Assembly (NCBI GenBank): GCA_040954595.2
Contig: CM082581.2
Span: 4,332,699 to 4,396,698, forward strand
Direction: 5' to 3'
DNA from: Balanoglossus misakiensis
Lineage: Eukaryota > Animalia > Hemichordata
Length of the DNA: 64,000 nucleotides
Shown here one piece after another: positions 26,163 through 41,100 of this stretch. Position 1 is the first letter of the stretch; each line of letters begins with the position of its first letter. The position numbers and the translations under genes were made by a program. The notes beneath the pieces are model-generated. The model saw only the letters and a program-made list of their open reading frames with translations, was not told the DNA's origin and searched no databases.

Positions 26163-29100
26163 ATGGGACTAGCGATTTTTGCAGGTAAGGGATCCAAGTC
26201 TTTATTGATAAACTTTCAGTATTCAGCCACTTTCAGACAATGTTAAGAAACGTGCAGCGGGCAAAACTTGAAGCCAGAGTCCACAATAGTTTGTTGTGAA
26301 TATGCACAAACACCCCATGACTTCATCAGTTATAGAGGATGAAGGTGCAGGTTTTAATTCAGATCAAATATTGAGGGGAATCCATATACAGTTTTTTTTA
26401 ACAAAATGTACTTTCTCATGCAAAGTTTTGATAACAAGACTAAATTGTCTGAAATTCGCTAATTTTAGAAATTCAAAATGGCCGCTAATCGGAGGAGGAA
26501 ATCGCATTGTTGTTCTCTTTTACAATCACGAAGATTTAACCTTTACATGTAGGTAATCAAAATTGAAAAGAAGCCTGATCATTATTTTTCATTTTCAAAA
26601 TGACTTGTACTTTTTCTGGGTGCACCTTAGTTGTACATCATGGAAAAGAAGCCTGATCATTATTTTCCATTTTCAAAATGACTTGTACTTTTTCTGGGTG
26701 CACCTTAGTTGTACATGTAGTTGGCAATGTTACAATCTTGCGCGTTACTGGCCAGATACAATGTAAATATTAATATTATTTTTGTTGCAGATGTTGTGAT
26801 TTTAGTCATTCTGCTTCATACAACCAGAACAGTTGGTAAGTATGTCTATGTGTGTATCGTGTAATCTTGACACTGAGAAAATGAGATGATTTGCAAAGGA
26901 ATACAGAAAGTACCTTGCTGTGTGCTTATTGTACCTCTCAATTTGATGCACACTTTTTTACATTTGGAAGTCAAACTTTTCGGATATGATCATTCTATCA
27001 TGTCCATGAAAACTAAGAAGACAAATCATACATCGCGACTAAAACCCATCCAAGTATAGGGAAACAACGAAGACGATAAATGGTGTCAAACACCGCAGTT
27101 CCAAAACATATCACGTAAAATTAAAATTTAATGCGTTCAACCCATCAGCATTGGTTTGTACTATAATTAACAACAGCCGTAGTTTTTTTGAATGCCGCAA
27201 GTAATGCTGACAGGAAAATAATACATAATTAATTAGCTTTCATCGATCTTTTGGGGACTTTCTCAAAGCAGGGCAGAGAGTGCCATTACCAGTTTCAATT
27301 ATCATGTCACGTTTGCATTGTTATCGTGTGCAGTGTTCCTGCTTTAGAGAGTGTCACGTATTATTCCTTGACTCAAACAGCTTGCTAATATATACCCAGC
27401 ACTCCGCTTGTCAACACAACCTGTAAGTGTGTACGTGCATTGTTCGTGTTGACAACTTAATTCTAGTCCGGACAGGAACACAAATTTTGCACAATAACAA
27501 TGCTCACTATACACATACTAGTATATGTTGCGTTGATAAGCTGGATACTGGGCATTTCATCACGTTTCAGGAAATTGAACAAGAAACGGCGGTACATACA
27601 CAAAACAAAAATACTGAAAACATGGCGAAAAGTTACAGCTAATGGAGCTTTAAAGACCCATATTTCTTGACGTGGGCACTTATAAAGAAATAAACAATAG
27701 CCAGAATCGCCTTCAGGGAAAATGAGAGAATATATGTCTTTCCATCAGAAACGTTACGGTCTCTTCACAGATTGTCACACCAACTGTCCAAAAGACTGGA
27801 GTGAATACGATTACTACTGTTACTATCTCAACACCAACACGTATACCTGGGGTGTGGCGTTGGAGTGGTGCCGGAATGTGGTCGACGGCGGCGATCTGGT
27901 CAGTATTCTCAGCAGTGGCGAGAACAGTCATGTCAAAGATATGATCAGTGACACCATTCATATCGGTGCGTATAATCCTCAACTATTATTATTATTATTA
28001 TTGTTTATTTGTCTTTCGGCCACTTGCCAATATGACATTTACACGTAGAAATACTTACAGAATACAGCTATGTGAAGAAAGACAATACAACACAACAGTC
28101 AGTCACACTTCAGTTTTCACGTAAAAATCATTTCGCAAATTCATGGTTTTTATACAAAAAATTACCAAGATTCCTTAAGTACTATTGGTGAATTTGACCT
28201 CATTAGTTCGATTTTTTTTAGAAAAACAGATGTGTCATTGGATAATAGGTATCTCAATTTTTTGAAACGGACATACAAAAGTGACAATAGTAAAAATTAC
28301 CTACCGTAACATTGGATGGTGATGTATACATACATACCGTGTTCACAAGCCATTTCTTGATGTGTTTCAACACGCATTTCGTGTGTATAGGCAGGTTTTT
28401 TTTATACACAACAGAAAAAATATGAAAAATAGTAGGAATTTCTTTCTCTTTAAAATATTTCCTGTTACAAACTAAAACAATGACCATTGCTTTAAAGATG
28501 GATTTTGTCTTTCCGTTATTATGAATAAATCAAATTGGTATGATTATAGATTTTTTTTTTATTTGACTCAAAGGGTTTAGTGATCTGTCTTTGGAGAGTG
28601 ACTGGCAATGGACGGACGGAAGGAGTGTGTCTTACACCAACTGGAATTCAGGTGAACCCAGCGGCAACAGTGGGCTGGGAAATATGGCCGGAATGTACAC
28701 ATCAGGAGCCTGGGACGATTACGACGGCTCGACTGCGGAGAGGCAATTTGTTTGCAAAGGTATGGTCGTCCTTTTAATAAAATAGTAGGTTGAATCAACG
28801 TGGAGAGTTACCTTACATATTGTTCATGGTCTTGTAGTCATTTCTGTGGAGTGTGGAATCAGTGAAAACTAATTGGTATCAATACTCTTGTATCTGACTA
28901 GTCGCCAAGGAGTGGACGGCCGTGCAGACTGGATGCCAATGTTCCTTTGACTCTACTCGATATGACTGTGCCTGCTGTCGCGATGGCGGTTGTAACTGCG
29001 GCATATCATATCCTAACCAATGCGTCCTCTGCGGCGACACAGGTTCATGCGGCCAAGATTACGCCGAGCCAATTGATCGTAAGTAGACGCTGGCTACATT

Positions 29101-32100
29101 CATAGACTAGAAATCGGACATTAGCGCAGCGCATCGCCCTCCACTACGCGTCGGGCGATACCGGGCGCTAATGTCCTCGTGCATATTTTGCGGTATTTGC
29201 GTAATATCCTCATATTATTTAAAAGAACTGCAGACAATTACTGAACTATTTCTCTATGTTAACAGTTTAACGTTATACAGAGAATAAAAAGTCGTAATAA
29301 CGAGATTTTTTAATTTTTTGACAAAATGGCCTCAATAGGCTTCCGTAATATAGCAACGATGATGGCTTCTATTGAATGTATGATTTTTCAGAATGGAAAG
29401 TGGTGTTTAAAGCAGTTTCCAGTTTGAATAACTTGTACGTCAGAGATTTATGGACGGGGTCAAGCACATACAATGACGGTGATACGAATGCACCGTATAT
29501 ATCATACACCTCGGATCATTACAAAGGTTCGGATGCCAACAGCTGGGACACAAGCAGCCTTACACAGGTAATATCGATCTTTATACATGTATTTCGCTTT
29601 TTTAAATCTTAGTACTCGCAGCACATTGCAAAAAATGTTCACCCTGTTCATAAGGCTAATCACCAGGTAAAACTATAGAAAGCAAATACATGTACACCAA
29701 TCGTCATAAAGGGCACAAATGAATGGGGCGGGAATTCCAAATCAATAAACACTCCACTCTTAATATATACTCTTTTCCTTACTAACACCTTCCATATTCC
29801 ATAGCCTTATATGCAGAATTTTGAGAAAACAGTGTTGAAATGACTCAGCATTTCTCGTGATATTTTAGAACAAGTAGGATGGGAACACGCCTTTTCTCTC
29901 TCATTTTTGTATTTCAATTCATTGATACTATTTACAATGTATAAATTTGAAGTAGTCCCTACCTTAATTTTAAATTTAGAGTCGAAAAGAGAATGATAGC
30001 CTCAAACCGCTGAATTTATCATAAATGCTGTAACACTAAATGTTTGACTCCGTAGGTTAAATTTGCATTCTTCGATGGTGGTGTTGAGAAGACGAGTTTG
30101 GTCTTTGACACTTCTGGCACGAGCCGAACCAATTGGTTCTCGGTTGGATCTCTGACGCATGCGCCGTACAGCGACATATACACCGCAGGGTACAACTACT
30201 TTTCCATCGACGGGTAAGTCTCTTATTGACACGGGTGCGGCGAGTCCTATGAAAGGTAATCACGATGGTTCATTATGACGAGGCACATCTGCGCACATTG
30301 TCGTTCTTGTTCCTTTACGCAACCGAGTCTGCGTGGCAGAAGGGCCCTTCCAACGTATGGGACCCCCCCCCCCCCGCTAGCGCTGTACAACCTCATTCGC
30401 CAAAATAGGCATATGCTAAGATTGTTTACCGATTGCAGACATGATAGCACCACCCTCGGAAGACATTTCTTTGCAAGTTATGAATATAGTGGATGTGAAG
30501 GGGACTCTGGCTGGGTGGTGGTGTCTGATCCATCGAGCAGTAGTGGCGGTTGTGACTGGGACAATAAGGTGACTCGACCCGGATTCCTCTACAGCACCGC
30601 CACAACCCGACAAGGCTGGCATTCAGGTAAAAAAACGAGTTCAGTTACTGCCATTATACAATGCACGCTTTTTCTCATGCGGTTTAAGCTAAGAAAGAAT
30701 GAATCCCAGATTAACGAATTTCTCATATATGTAACCTATAAACAAAATAATCTTTTCTCATGTACTGACTCTCGACAATGTGTGATTATTTGTCGTATCT
30801 TCATATCAAGAGACCGGTACTTGTTGGTTGATGCGAAAGGCAAAAGGCGTCCTCTGTTAGCATTGTTGGAGAAATTATATGAAATATCTTTGGTAGACGA
30901 TTGTCGAAACTATTGCAGTGACCCGGGTCATACTGACAGCTCAGCCAATCAGGCGATGATCAAAATCCTGACATCGGCCATTTTGTTTTACAAAGCTTTC
31001 AATAGTATTTCCCCAGACCCTTTTCTGGAGAGCATCGGAAGAAGCAAATGCGTCTGGGTAACCGAGACTAAGTTCGCAACAGCCATGCCTCCACCACAGC
31101 CCTGCAAGACTCATAGACGAAACTGGCGCGTCTGCGGTCCGGATCGGGACCGCAGCTTTTCGGTTTTATCAGGGCAAAACCTTGTCCATGCCTATTTCTA
31201 AACAGTAACCGACCCAAGAAATGATGCGATTAACTTCACGTTTCGTCAGAACCACTCGCTTTCTGGAACTTTTGTGTTTAGGATTGATTGGAGATTTGTA
31301 TTCAATAATTTGCATCATTTCGTTATAAAAATTAGCATCTCAGTTCTCATGCATATATCGATGCATATTAAATCACCGGACCAGACCTGGCGCAGTTCCT
31401 TACTTACGCATCCCGAAAATAATTGATGCGCTATTACTTTTTTTGACAAAATTTTCTCTCTCAACCAGGTGCAATCGCTACGGCTCCGGTAATGGCCATA
31501 TTATACAAAGAACCTGGTATGTATTGACGTGGTTGTGTTGGTGGCCTTCTACGTTCATTGTCAATTTATACGATCATTTGGGGAAACATATTTTGACATT
31601 CAGCATTTCCTTGAATGCTAAAAAATGTTTTTGTTTAAGATTATGTGTACACAGAAATCAGACATCAAGTCAAAATCAAAATATCGCACAAACAGAATCG
31701 ATATTGTGGGAAGAAGAATAGAAAGAGTCGCCCGCATAGCGTGTAATGTTAAATTGGAAGTTTTCAAAAGAAGACCCATAGTTGACACCAATTGACACCT
31801 GACTGTATTCACCAACACACGTTTCCGTTTGGGTGAATGATAGCGTTCATATTGTGTGTACATATTAAATATGTTTTGTTGATTGACATCGAATGAACCG
31901 TCTACACTGGTGTACTACTAACATAAATATAAACTTGATCTTTTCGTTTGCAGCGGACACGTCAGATGAGCTGTGTGACTCTGGTTGGACACACAAAGAC
32001 AATGGATGTTACAAAGTGTATGAAGATACAAAAACATGGTTTGAAGCCGTTGATGCCTGCCGCGCGCTTGGTGATGACGTCGATCTCGTCAGTATCCATA

Positions 32101-35100
32101 GTTACGACGAAGCCATGCATATCCTCGGAATGTCAAGGTGAAGCTCAGTTTGTAAAATGCATATAACATTTTGTTGGAAGCCATTGTAAATAGCGTTATA
32201 TTTCAACTTTAAACATTGCAGTTGTCGTAATATGACATGGCTTTCTGTATCAGGTGAGCGATCGTTGAGCTGTTTCCATAATTTTGCTCTTCCTCTGCAA
32301 TTGAGTCCGTTATCTACACGAAAGTACTGTGCTGTCAACTATTCAATTACTAATCGTCTTATCATCATTATACCGTTACTATTTACATTACTAATTTACA
32401 TAAACAACTATAGCTCTTTTAGATGACGTAGTTACATGTAAAACTTCTCTTCATTCGTCACTAAATATACCCCCTTTTACGGTGCGGTAGACTACTCAAG
32501 CAATCGTCTTTTCCTGATTATTCCAAACAGAGTGTTTCCATCATTCATTCAGTTGAAGAGACTTCAATTTTGCGTAAAATGCTGTCTCAAACTTTCTCTT
32601 GCAAACGTTATGCATGGTAATGTGATCTTTCTTTCACATCATTGGGCAAAGTTTCTCTAACTTTCGACACCGCCGTGAAAATTATAAGAACATGTCAAGA
32701 GTGTTTCCTTTTACGATAATTCTATACATATAAGGCTCTGTAACGTGTTGGGTAGTCCCTTACCTCAAACATCGTCTTCATATAATTATGTGTTCAATGT
32801 GAACTTCTTTGTTGTAATGCGATTCATAACTCACCAACCAAATCATACTCGATGTCTACGTCTATAGCTTCTCACATTAATGGATCTACCGTTTTCCCCC
32901 AGATGGACTTACGGCACTTCCTCCTTCTGGATTGGATTGCACGATTTAGACGAAGAAGACGATTGGCAATGGATTGACGGCACTCCCTACGACTATTCCA
33001 GGTGGTATTCCAACGAACCAAGTAATGGTAGGTCATACAATTTATGATAAGTGAAGCATATCGCCAAATTGCTTCTTATCTTGCAATGAAATGGTGATGA
33101 CACGCACGGAAAGACAGAATTCAGAGTGAAACTTACTGTTTATGTTTACGTGTGTTTTCTAAAAAGGCAATGGTATGGAAGACTGCGCCTTGTTATTATG
33201 GACCACAGACGGCACATGGGGTGACGTGTCATGCAGTAACACTTACGGGTATATGTGCAAATATTCTCTCGACGTTGGTAAGTAATACAGATTTCCTGTC
33301 ACAGTTTCGCCAATGTTTCTGCAGATTAAAGGCGCAAAATCGAATATATAGAACCTTTCCTAAATGGTTATTACCTAAAGGAATGATGTGAAAAATACAG
33401 AGTCTGCTATGTCTAAACACACGACTTTGTCTCTACGAACAGCTTCGTGTGCAGAATGGAAACGCAAAGGCTACACATCCAGTGGTTATTTCACCATTGA
33501 TCCTGACGGACCTTACAATGGCGTCGACCCTTTCCGTGTTTACTGTGACATGTCCAGCGCCACAGACGGTAAGTCAAATCTGTGTCTAAAATGCAGCTTT
33601 AAACTTGATAGATCGTTAACATGTCAAATGGGAATTTATTATGGACTTTTCTTCTTAATGCCAACCATTAATTACGTTCGAAACCTTCGACTCTTTCATA
33701 TACTGAATAATATTCGATCGAAATTCCGAATTTCACTAATATGCGTATTTTGTATGGCAAAATGTCCCCGGGTCTCTTGCTGAAGCTTCGTTATAACTGA
33801 CCTTGCTAAAAAAGTGGCGGTTTCTAATTTACCGATGTCCATAGAGTAGGTAACAGACAGTATACTAGAAATTATGCCGTTTATATATCAAACGTCATAT
33901 TTATCTGCTAGCTTGATTACAAAATTTCCGGCGAAAATATTTTTAGAAACGTTCAGACAGAGACAGATAGACAGACAGACAGGCAGACAGATGGGTGGGC
34001 AGGTAGGTACATGTATAGGTGCATAGGAAGGCAGGTGGGCATGCAGATAGAGACAAATTCAACCCAATATTTCACAACAAATATTTTATGAATTTATTAT
34101 TAGGCATAACTGTGTTCCACCACAACCAGGAAACACGTGGCTACGTCACTGGATACGAAAGCTACCTGTCTTACGCAGTAGATGTTGTCTACAAAAACGG
34201 TGTAACCGCTGCTCAAATGGGGGCGCTAGCTGATATTTCGAATAATTGTTGGCAGTACATCAAGGTAAGAAGCGTTCACACATGACCAATCATCTCAAAG
34301 TGATTCCCAGTTGTTCCCTGAGCACATTCCCCAAGACACCCACTCACATTTACATGTATATATGGTTGAATGTCGCCGTCACTAGTGTAAAATCGATAAG
34401 CTAAGCTAAGCTAAGTTGAGCTGAGCTAAGCTAAGCTAAGCTAAGCTAAGCTAAGCTAAGCTAAGCTAAGCAAGTAGGACGTGTCACATTCCCGGGCTTG
34501 TTAATAGTTCAGACCGCATGACAGCCATTGCATGGATACCTACGTTTGTACTGAGAGTTTGACATGGACGTGAGAGTTCGACTTTCAAGTTTTCGTTTGG
34601 ATCCCAAGAATAATCAGAGGGGTGCAATTGTGAAAACTTATGATGGAACATATTTATTTATTTGTTTTATGACGTTTGTATACCGCGGGTACTGAAACTA
34701 ACGAAACCGATTTTCCTCTTTTTCTGTCATTTACATCAAAAGTATGAATGCTACGGGTCTGTGATGAAGCACAGTGGGACAAGCTCGGCTGGGTGGTACG
34801 ACAGAAGTGGGAATGTAATGGCTAACTGGGCTGGAGCTCCCATTGGACAAGCTTTGTGCGCATGTGGATCAAACAGTAACTTGGTTACTAATTATACACA
34901 AATAACATGACTTTCCTGAAGCTGATAAAGAGAAGGGAAACTGTAAGAGTGTTTCTGACTAATCTGAACAGACAGGCAAGCAGAACAGGTCAAACACGGA
35001 CACTATATCTATACTCATAGAAACAGATTACCCGAAAGTCAGTAAGGGTCAATGGATATGGACTGAAATGCTGCTGTCGATGTTAAAGGCCGGTGATCAT

Positions 35101-38100
35101 CTTTTGCGCATGTGCCAAACCAGAGACTCTGGTTTAAAAAAATATCTGCTATCACAACAACAGACAAGATGGCGGCGACCATAGTCTGTGTCAGTTTGCA
35201 CACACGGAATTACGCACATGCGCATAAGACGATCGTCGGCCTTGAAGTTGCTAGGAAATATTGGTCGATTTTCTCCTGTCCAGTGGTCTAATATTAAATG
35301 AAACAAAATGTGCTCAGTTCATCTCCTGTAGAAGAACAAACGCTGGATGAACTTGAGCAGGACTTCACTATTTCTCTTCTATTTCTTTCAGGCAATTGTG
35401 ATAACGGCATGTCGACGTGTAGTTGCGATGTCAATGACAACGTATGGCGTTATGACGACGGAACAATTACCGACAAGGCTTACTTACCGGTGACCAAGTT
35501 AGCTTTCGGCGATACTGGCGATGCGAGTGAAAGTGGTTACCACACGTTGGGGGCGTTCTACTGTCAAGGAGATTCATCTGGTAAGCTCCAACAAAATACT
35601 ATAGAAATGAATTCAACATGATGCTATCGGTAGTGTGATCAATGACTGACTAAGCCTTTCATATACAGCCCTGTAGAACTGCTTACACTGAAGATCTTTC
35701 AACGGAACGTCTTGTCTGTTCTTTGTAATGCGACAAACGCGTGAAAATGGCGGGAATGTGAAGCGAACAGAAACTTATTCTTGTCATTCTGTTACTAATA
35801 AAGTGGTAATGTCACAGTTGATCATTTACTGGTAATGAGAAGTATTCAGGCAAAATAGGATGAAACTTTGGGGTCAATATCTTTCAGTGGTCTGGTTGCA
35901 GGGCAATAACACACACACCCTCTTCCTACGAAATGTTTAAGTTGTTGACGAAGACGACACCTGGCGGTATGTTTACTATCGGAAACAATACAGGAATAAT
36001 CTTGGTTTCATTTTCAGATGTTCTATCATCACGGTCAGATTTCTACCTGATTCCATACAGCTACATCAACGGATATAACAATCAGGAACTGTCCAGTACA
36101 AGTTTATCAGACTGCGCCGGTCAATGTTCGTCGGCAACAAGTTTTGTCTGCCGTTCATTTGATTACGATGTGTCCAGTTCGTATTGCAGTCTGAGTGAAT
36201 ATAACCACATCATGTCGGATGGAGTTACGGGAGCTTCAACAATGAATCTCTACGTTAGGAAATGTAAGCTTGATTTCAAATTGTCTGCTTGTTTCAATGC
36301 AGCTTTAGGCCATTTGCAGTATTTTAAATCAATATGCATAATTGTATGTCGTATTTTAGATACATTGCAAAAGCTTGTTCCAAATTGTGGACAGATTAGC
36401 GTAGTGACAAAATGGATTGCACGGATTCTTATATTAAATTTCTAGAATGCTCTTTTTATACACCGTGCCAGTTTTAACTATATTCATGAATTTACGCCTC
36501 ACAGACCGCTATTTACGAATTTATTTAATTCTCTTCGTTTCAGTCGACGCGGGAACCAATTTATTTGTAGGTAGGTGTATTTCAGCGACATCTCGAAAGG
36601 GGTTGTTAATTTTTGTCTGTAGACACTGTAGTATGAAAACAATTCTGTGAGTGAATCCCTGCCGAGGTGGGACTGTGACCTTACACATGACCTGGCCAAC
36701 CTATACGGTCCTGGTCGGCCAATTAAACCATTTCCGTAACCACCAGAAGTGTGTTACTATAATCAATACGTAGAAATCGATGTTCTGTTTGGAAAACAAC
36801 TTATATGTCATTGAGACGCATGCAGAGTAACATGTTTTTGAACTCAACCTCAGACATTGGCGACATCGCTGCGGGTTCAGCGACTTCGCGGGCGTCGGTT
36901 GAACATTGTTGAAAGGTCATTCTTGGCATTATGGCTTTGAAAGGCACCACTGCTGGCAAAGATGATGTGTATGCGTCGAGACAATCGTGGTTAAATTATT
37001 TGATAACGACTTTTAATATAATGAAATAAAGAGCATACGTTTCTGAACTCCTCGCGATAGCCCATTCAAGATGCTTTACTTTGAAATATATTTATCAAAG
37101 TATCTTATCTATGGAAGGGATAATTTAACGCATACCCCCCGTATAGATGTATAATTATAAAGTAGTTCATTTCTTGACCAGAAAATTGCTTCCATTGTGA
37201 TACGTGCGTTAAGGTACACTAATAAAATTACAACAGTATCACAATAAATTAAGTCTTTAAATCGTTATGATATTTTTATAGTTGGTTATTCCCTTTTCTG
37301 GAAGAGAAACTTCTTCTCTTGTATAACACGTAATCCACAACATTGTGCTTTTCAGAGACAAACAATTGCAACAGCGGATGGGTTGAATATAGTTCCAAGT
37401 GTTATTACATAAGCACGACCACCAGGACGTGGTACGATGCCGAAACATGGTGCCAAAGTCAGGGAGGTTAGTATTCGGTATTAAACTTGCCAAATTGTTG
37501 ACATGTTCTCGTAATTAGACAGCCAGTGATCCTGACAGATACCTTCATTTAACAATCAAACATCCAAACACATCGGCGACCACAAAATAGTGCAATTTGG
37601 AAAAGTGTATAATCCATATACAGCTTCGATTGTAAGCGAGAAAAGCGAGAAATATCCCGCTTTAACTACTAATTGCGTCGCTGCATCAACGTCTCCACAG
37701 TTAGAAGTGAGTATTAAATCCGGCTGCTATTCTCAACTTACTGCCATAACTGTGAATTGTAGACTTACATATATTTGTCACGGGTTTTGCCAAATCGTTT
37801 TTCTTCCAATAATGTTACTGTTATTTCTGTCTTTCACATTATGTCAAAGGTCATTTGACCAGCACTGCAGATGCAAATGAGTATGCGTTCTTAAGAAAGA
37901 TGTTACGGTGGAGTTTGGTGACTACGGATGACTTCCTGATCGGCTACAACGACATCGAAGAAGAAGGTATGACGTCACCATGTCTATCAGTCACGTAACG
38001 ATCTGTATCGAAGCTATTATACTGTCTTGCACATACATCATCGGCGAACATGAAATGACAACAACTATAGCAGAAAGGCATAGTTCATGACGCAAATTAT

Positions 38101-41100
38101 TATGGCATTTATAATAAATTACTCGGTTTTATGGCATGGCCTCAGCAGTAGAAGTACATGTAGTCAATTCAATTTATAACACACCATGCAGCGAACCCTC
38201 GATCGTGATTCGTCAATACGACGTCACGTGACCTTAGTCATTTCGAACTGTTCCCTAGGGCATCAGTTCGATCGGTTTCTGCCCGGTACTGTTGCCTGGA
38301 TGTGGTGTGTGTCGTGTTTGGTGTGTTGTAAAACACATGATGACTGACATATTCGGGCAACAGTGTATTTTTGATGACCTCGGGACTGCCAGTCACACCA
38401 AAACAGTCTGTTTTAGTTGTGACTAGCAGCGCCCTCAGTCATCAAAATACACTGTTGCCCTCATTGTCAGTCATCATGTGTATATTGAAGGACAGATGCG
38501 CTGCAACGATTTAAAAAATCGCCATTCATCATTTCACACCCAATTATTTTGGAAAGATCGTTCATAGTTATCATTGTTGTAGACCCATGATACAATATCG
38601 ACGGAGAAGGTATGACGATGTCTTCACAGGCACTTGGACAGAAGCGGATAGCACACAACACTCGTTTACACGTTGGCGTAATGGAGAACCAAGTGGTGCT
38701 GCTCTGGAAAATGCTGCCGTGATGTATGCTCGCGATTATGACGATTGGATTGATGTTAATGTGGAAAGTTCTTACCAGTTTATTTGCAAAGCCAGTGCAG
38801 GTAAGTCATTAAACCGAAACTGAGGATGGATAAATGTATGTCTGTCGTCTTCTGTGTGTGTGTGTGTGTGTGTGTATGTGTGTGTGTGTGTGTGTGTTTG
38901 TTTGTATGTTTGTGTGAGTGTGTATGTGAGTGAGTGAGTGAGTGAGTGTCTGTCTATCTGTGTCTGCATGAACGTACTTATGCGTGAGTCAGTCCGTCAG
39001 TCAGTCATTCATTCAATTTTCAGTCTGCCTGGATGTCAGATATGCACACTTTGCTTATAACCAAATGTTTTATCAATATATTCTGCGTGGGACAGTAATG
39101 CTATAGTTGCTCGTGTTTCATGTTGGTGATACACATCATAAGATTTGATTGATATTCCACAGTAAATTTTTCTTGTGTATCGACATCTCACGTATTGCAT
39201 TTTCCGGTTCAATTTATAACAGGCGCCTCTGCAATAGCGCAGCCCACAGTCAACCCGACATGCGCGAGTGGTTGGACTTCACACGGAGACAGTTGTTACT
39301 ACTTCAGTTCAGACACACAAAAGTACGGCAATGCGAGGGATGAATGTAAATCAATGAGCAGCGATTTGTTGGTAATTGATACTACCAGCGAATGGGCGTA
39401 CGTCAATAGTTATATACGATATCGATACTACACAAGGAATTATTGGGTTGGTCTCTCCGATGCCCTGGAAGAGGGTAAGTAGCCTTAAAAGATAGTATAC
39501 ATAATACTGTTGATGTTATTTACTGTCTTCATGTACGCCTGCTTGTGACGCATTTTCAGAATACTTGAAACAAAAGCTACTGTGAACATCACGCACTTCA
39601 AAGTACATGTACATGTAAGTAGTTGTATACATGTATAACGCTGGAGGGTATGAATGCATTGTAATATCAGCCGATGTATATTTATATTGCATTCCACAAT
39701 ACTACATGAAGCTGATGATTTCAACGTACAAAATGTATGGCATACGCATTGCTACATTGTCAAATCTTAGTAGGCCATAGTGAAACCACTCTGATATTTA
39801 TTTATATATACTTTTTATGGAACGAACTCAATCAAATGCACTCTAATGTTCTGAAAATGCATAAATTGAGACGAGTTGCTCTGAAATGTACTTGCTATTT
39901 TCATCGTATCATCATAACAACTGCAATTTTCTCACATATATAGGTACGTGGGTATGGGTGAACGGTGCATTGGAAGACACTACAAGCACATATTGGATAT
40001 CCGGAGCACCAGATAATTCCGGTGGTTCAGAACATTGCGCCAGACTGGATGAAAATTACGGTTATCAGGATGTGGGGTGCACGAGCGCAATTTATTACAT
40101 ATGCGAAGATGATTTGTGTAAGTCGCCAAGCAATCAGTACATATTGTTGCCGCCATGGCAGGGACATTGCCGTTGATTTATATCGAAGCAGTTTGTGACG
40201 ATGAGTGTGCTTGACCGATTCAAACGTATTCAGAGAAAGAGAGATTGCCGCCAATGACTGACAATGGGCCGCCAGCCACTACTTGGCTGAACAGATAAAT
40301 CTTTAAGCACATAAAGACCCATTCGTTTGTTCTCAACATCTACCGCAACCCTTTAATGTGCACAATTTAGTGCTATATTTGAATCCATCTATGAAACGAT
40401 CACCCGAAAAACCTCACAGGTCATCATGGGGGCATTGTTAGGAAACAGTTTAGGAAACGATAACAATATCAGACCAATTCTCAAAATGTTAGTAAATTTT
40501 CGAACTGCCCTGCAAATCTAGACATACATGTATCCCATACATATCATTTATTTTGTAAGTGCATTTTGCTATAGTCTGTCAAACTTTGCTCTTTTTATTC
40601 AATGTAGTTCAGCGCCCGACACATTTCCGACGTCTGACTATTCCTATAAGTTCAGATTCCTGGATTTTACCGGAAACTAGTTCTTGCTCTTGTTTATAGA
40701 GATCTCCGGGCACATTTTAGACGGAAACATTGTAGTGATTCTCAATTGCGTTTTACAGGAAACATAATTTGGCCTCGCTTGTATAGTGATTCAAATGCAT
40801 TTCATCCCTACAGACATTACATCCGCTCCTAACAGTATCGGCGCCACGGTGAAGAGTTCATCGTCTGTGGAAGTCACGTGGTCAGATCCTGCCCAAATTG
40901 ACGGACAAAATGGCGACCTTGTCGGTTACAAGGTATGCATCATTTTCTTGTGAGAAGATGAAATTCCAAATATTTTCTACTTTCTCATAATTTTCTGTTA
41001 AATGGTTACGGAAGACGGAAAATATTTTCTTCAAAACCAAAATTCCATGGAATAACGCCAACCGGATATTACAGAAATGTTTTCCGTCCCTGATAAATTT

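Noticed and set aside
26565-26716. CRISPR-like direct repeats
   Set aside because: Only two adjacent copies, no spacers, in a eukaryotic intron.
30275-31201. 308-aa ORF as a standalone gene
   Set aside because: Only 30439-30626 (exon 8 of paralog B) is coding. It is bounded by good splice sites, and the rest has no counterpart in paralog A and includes repeat-like DNA.
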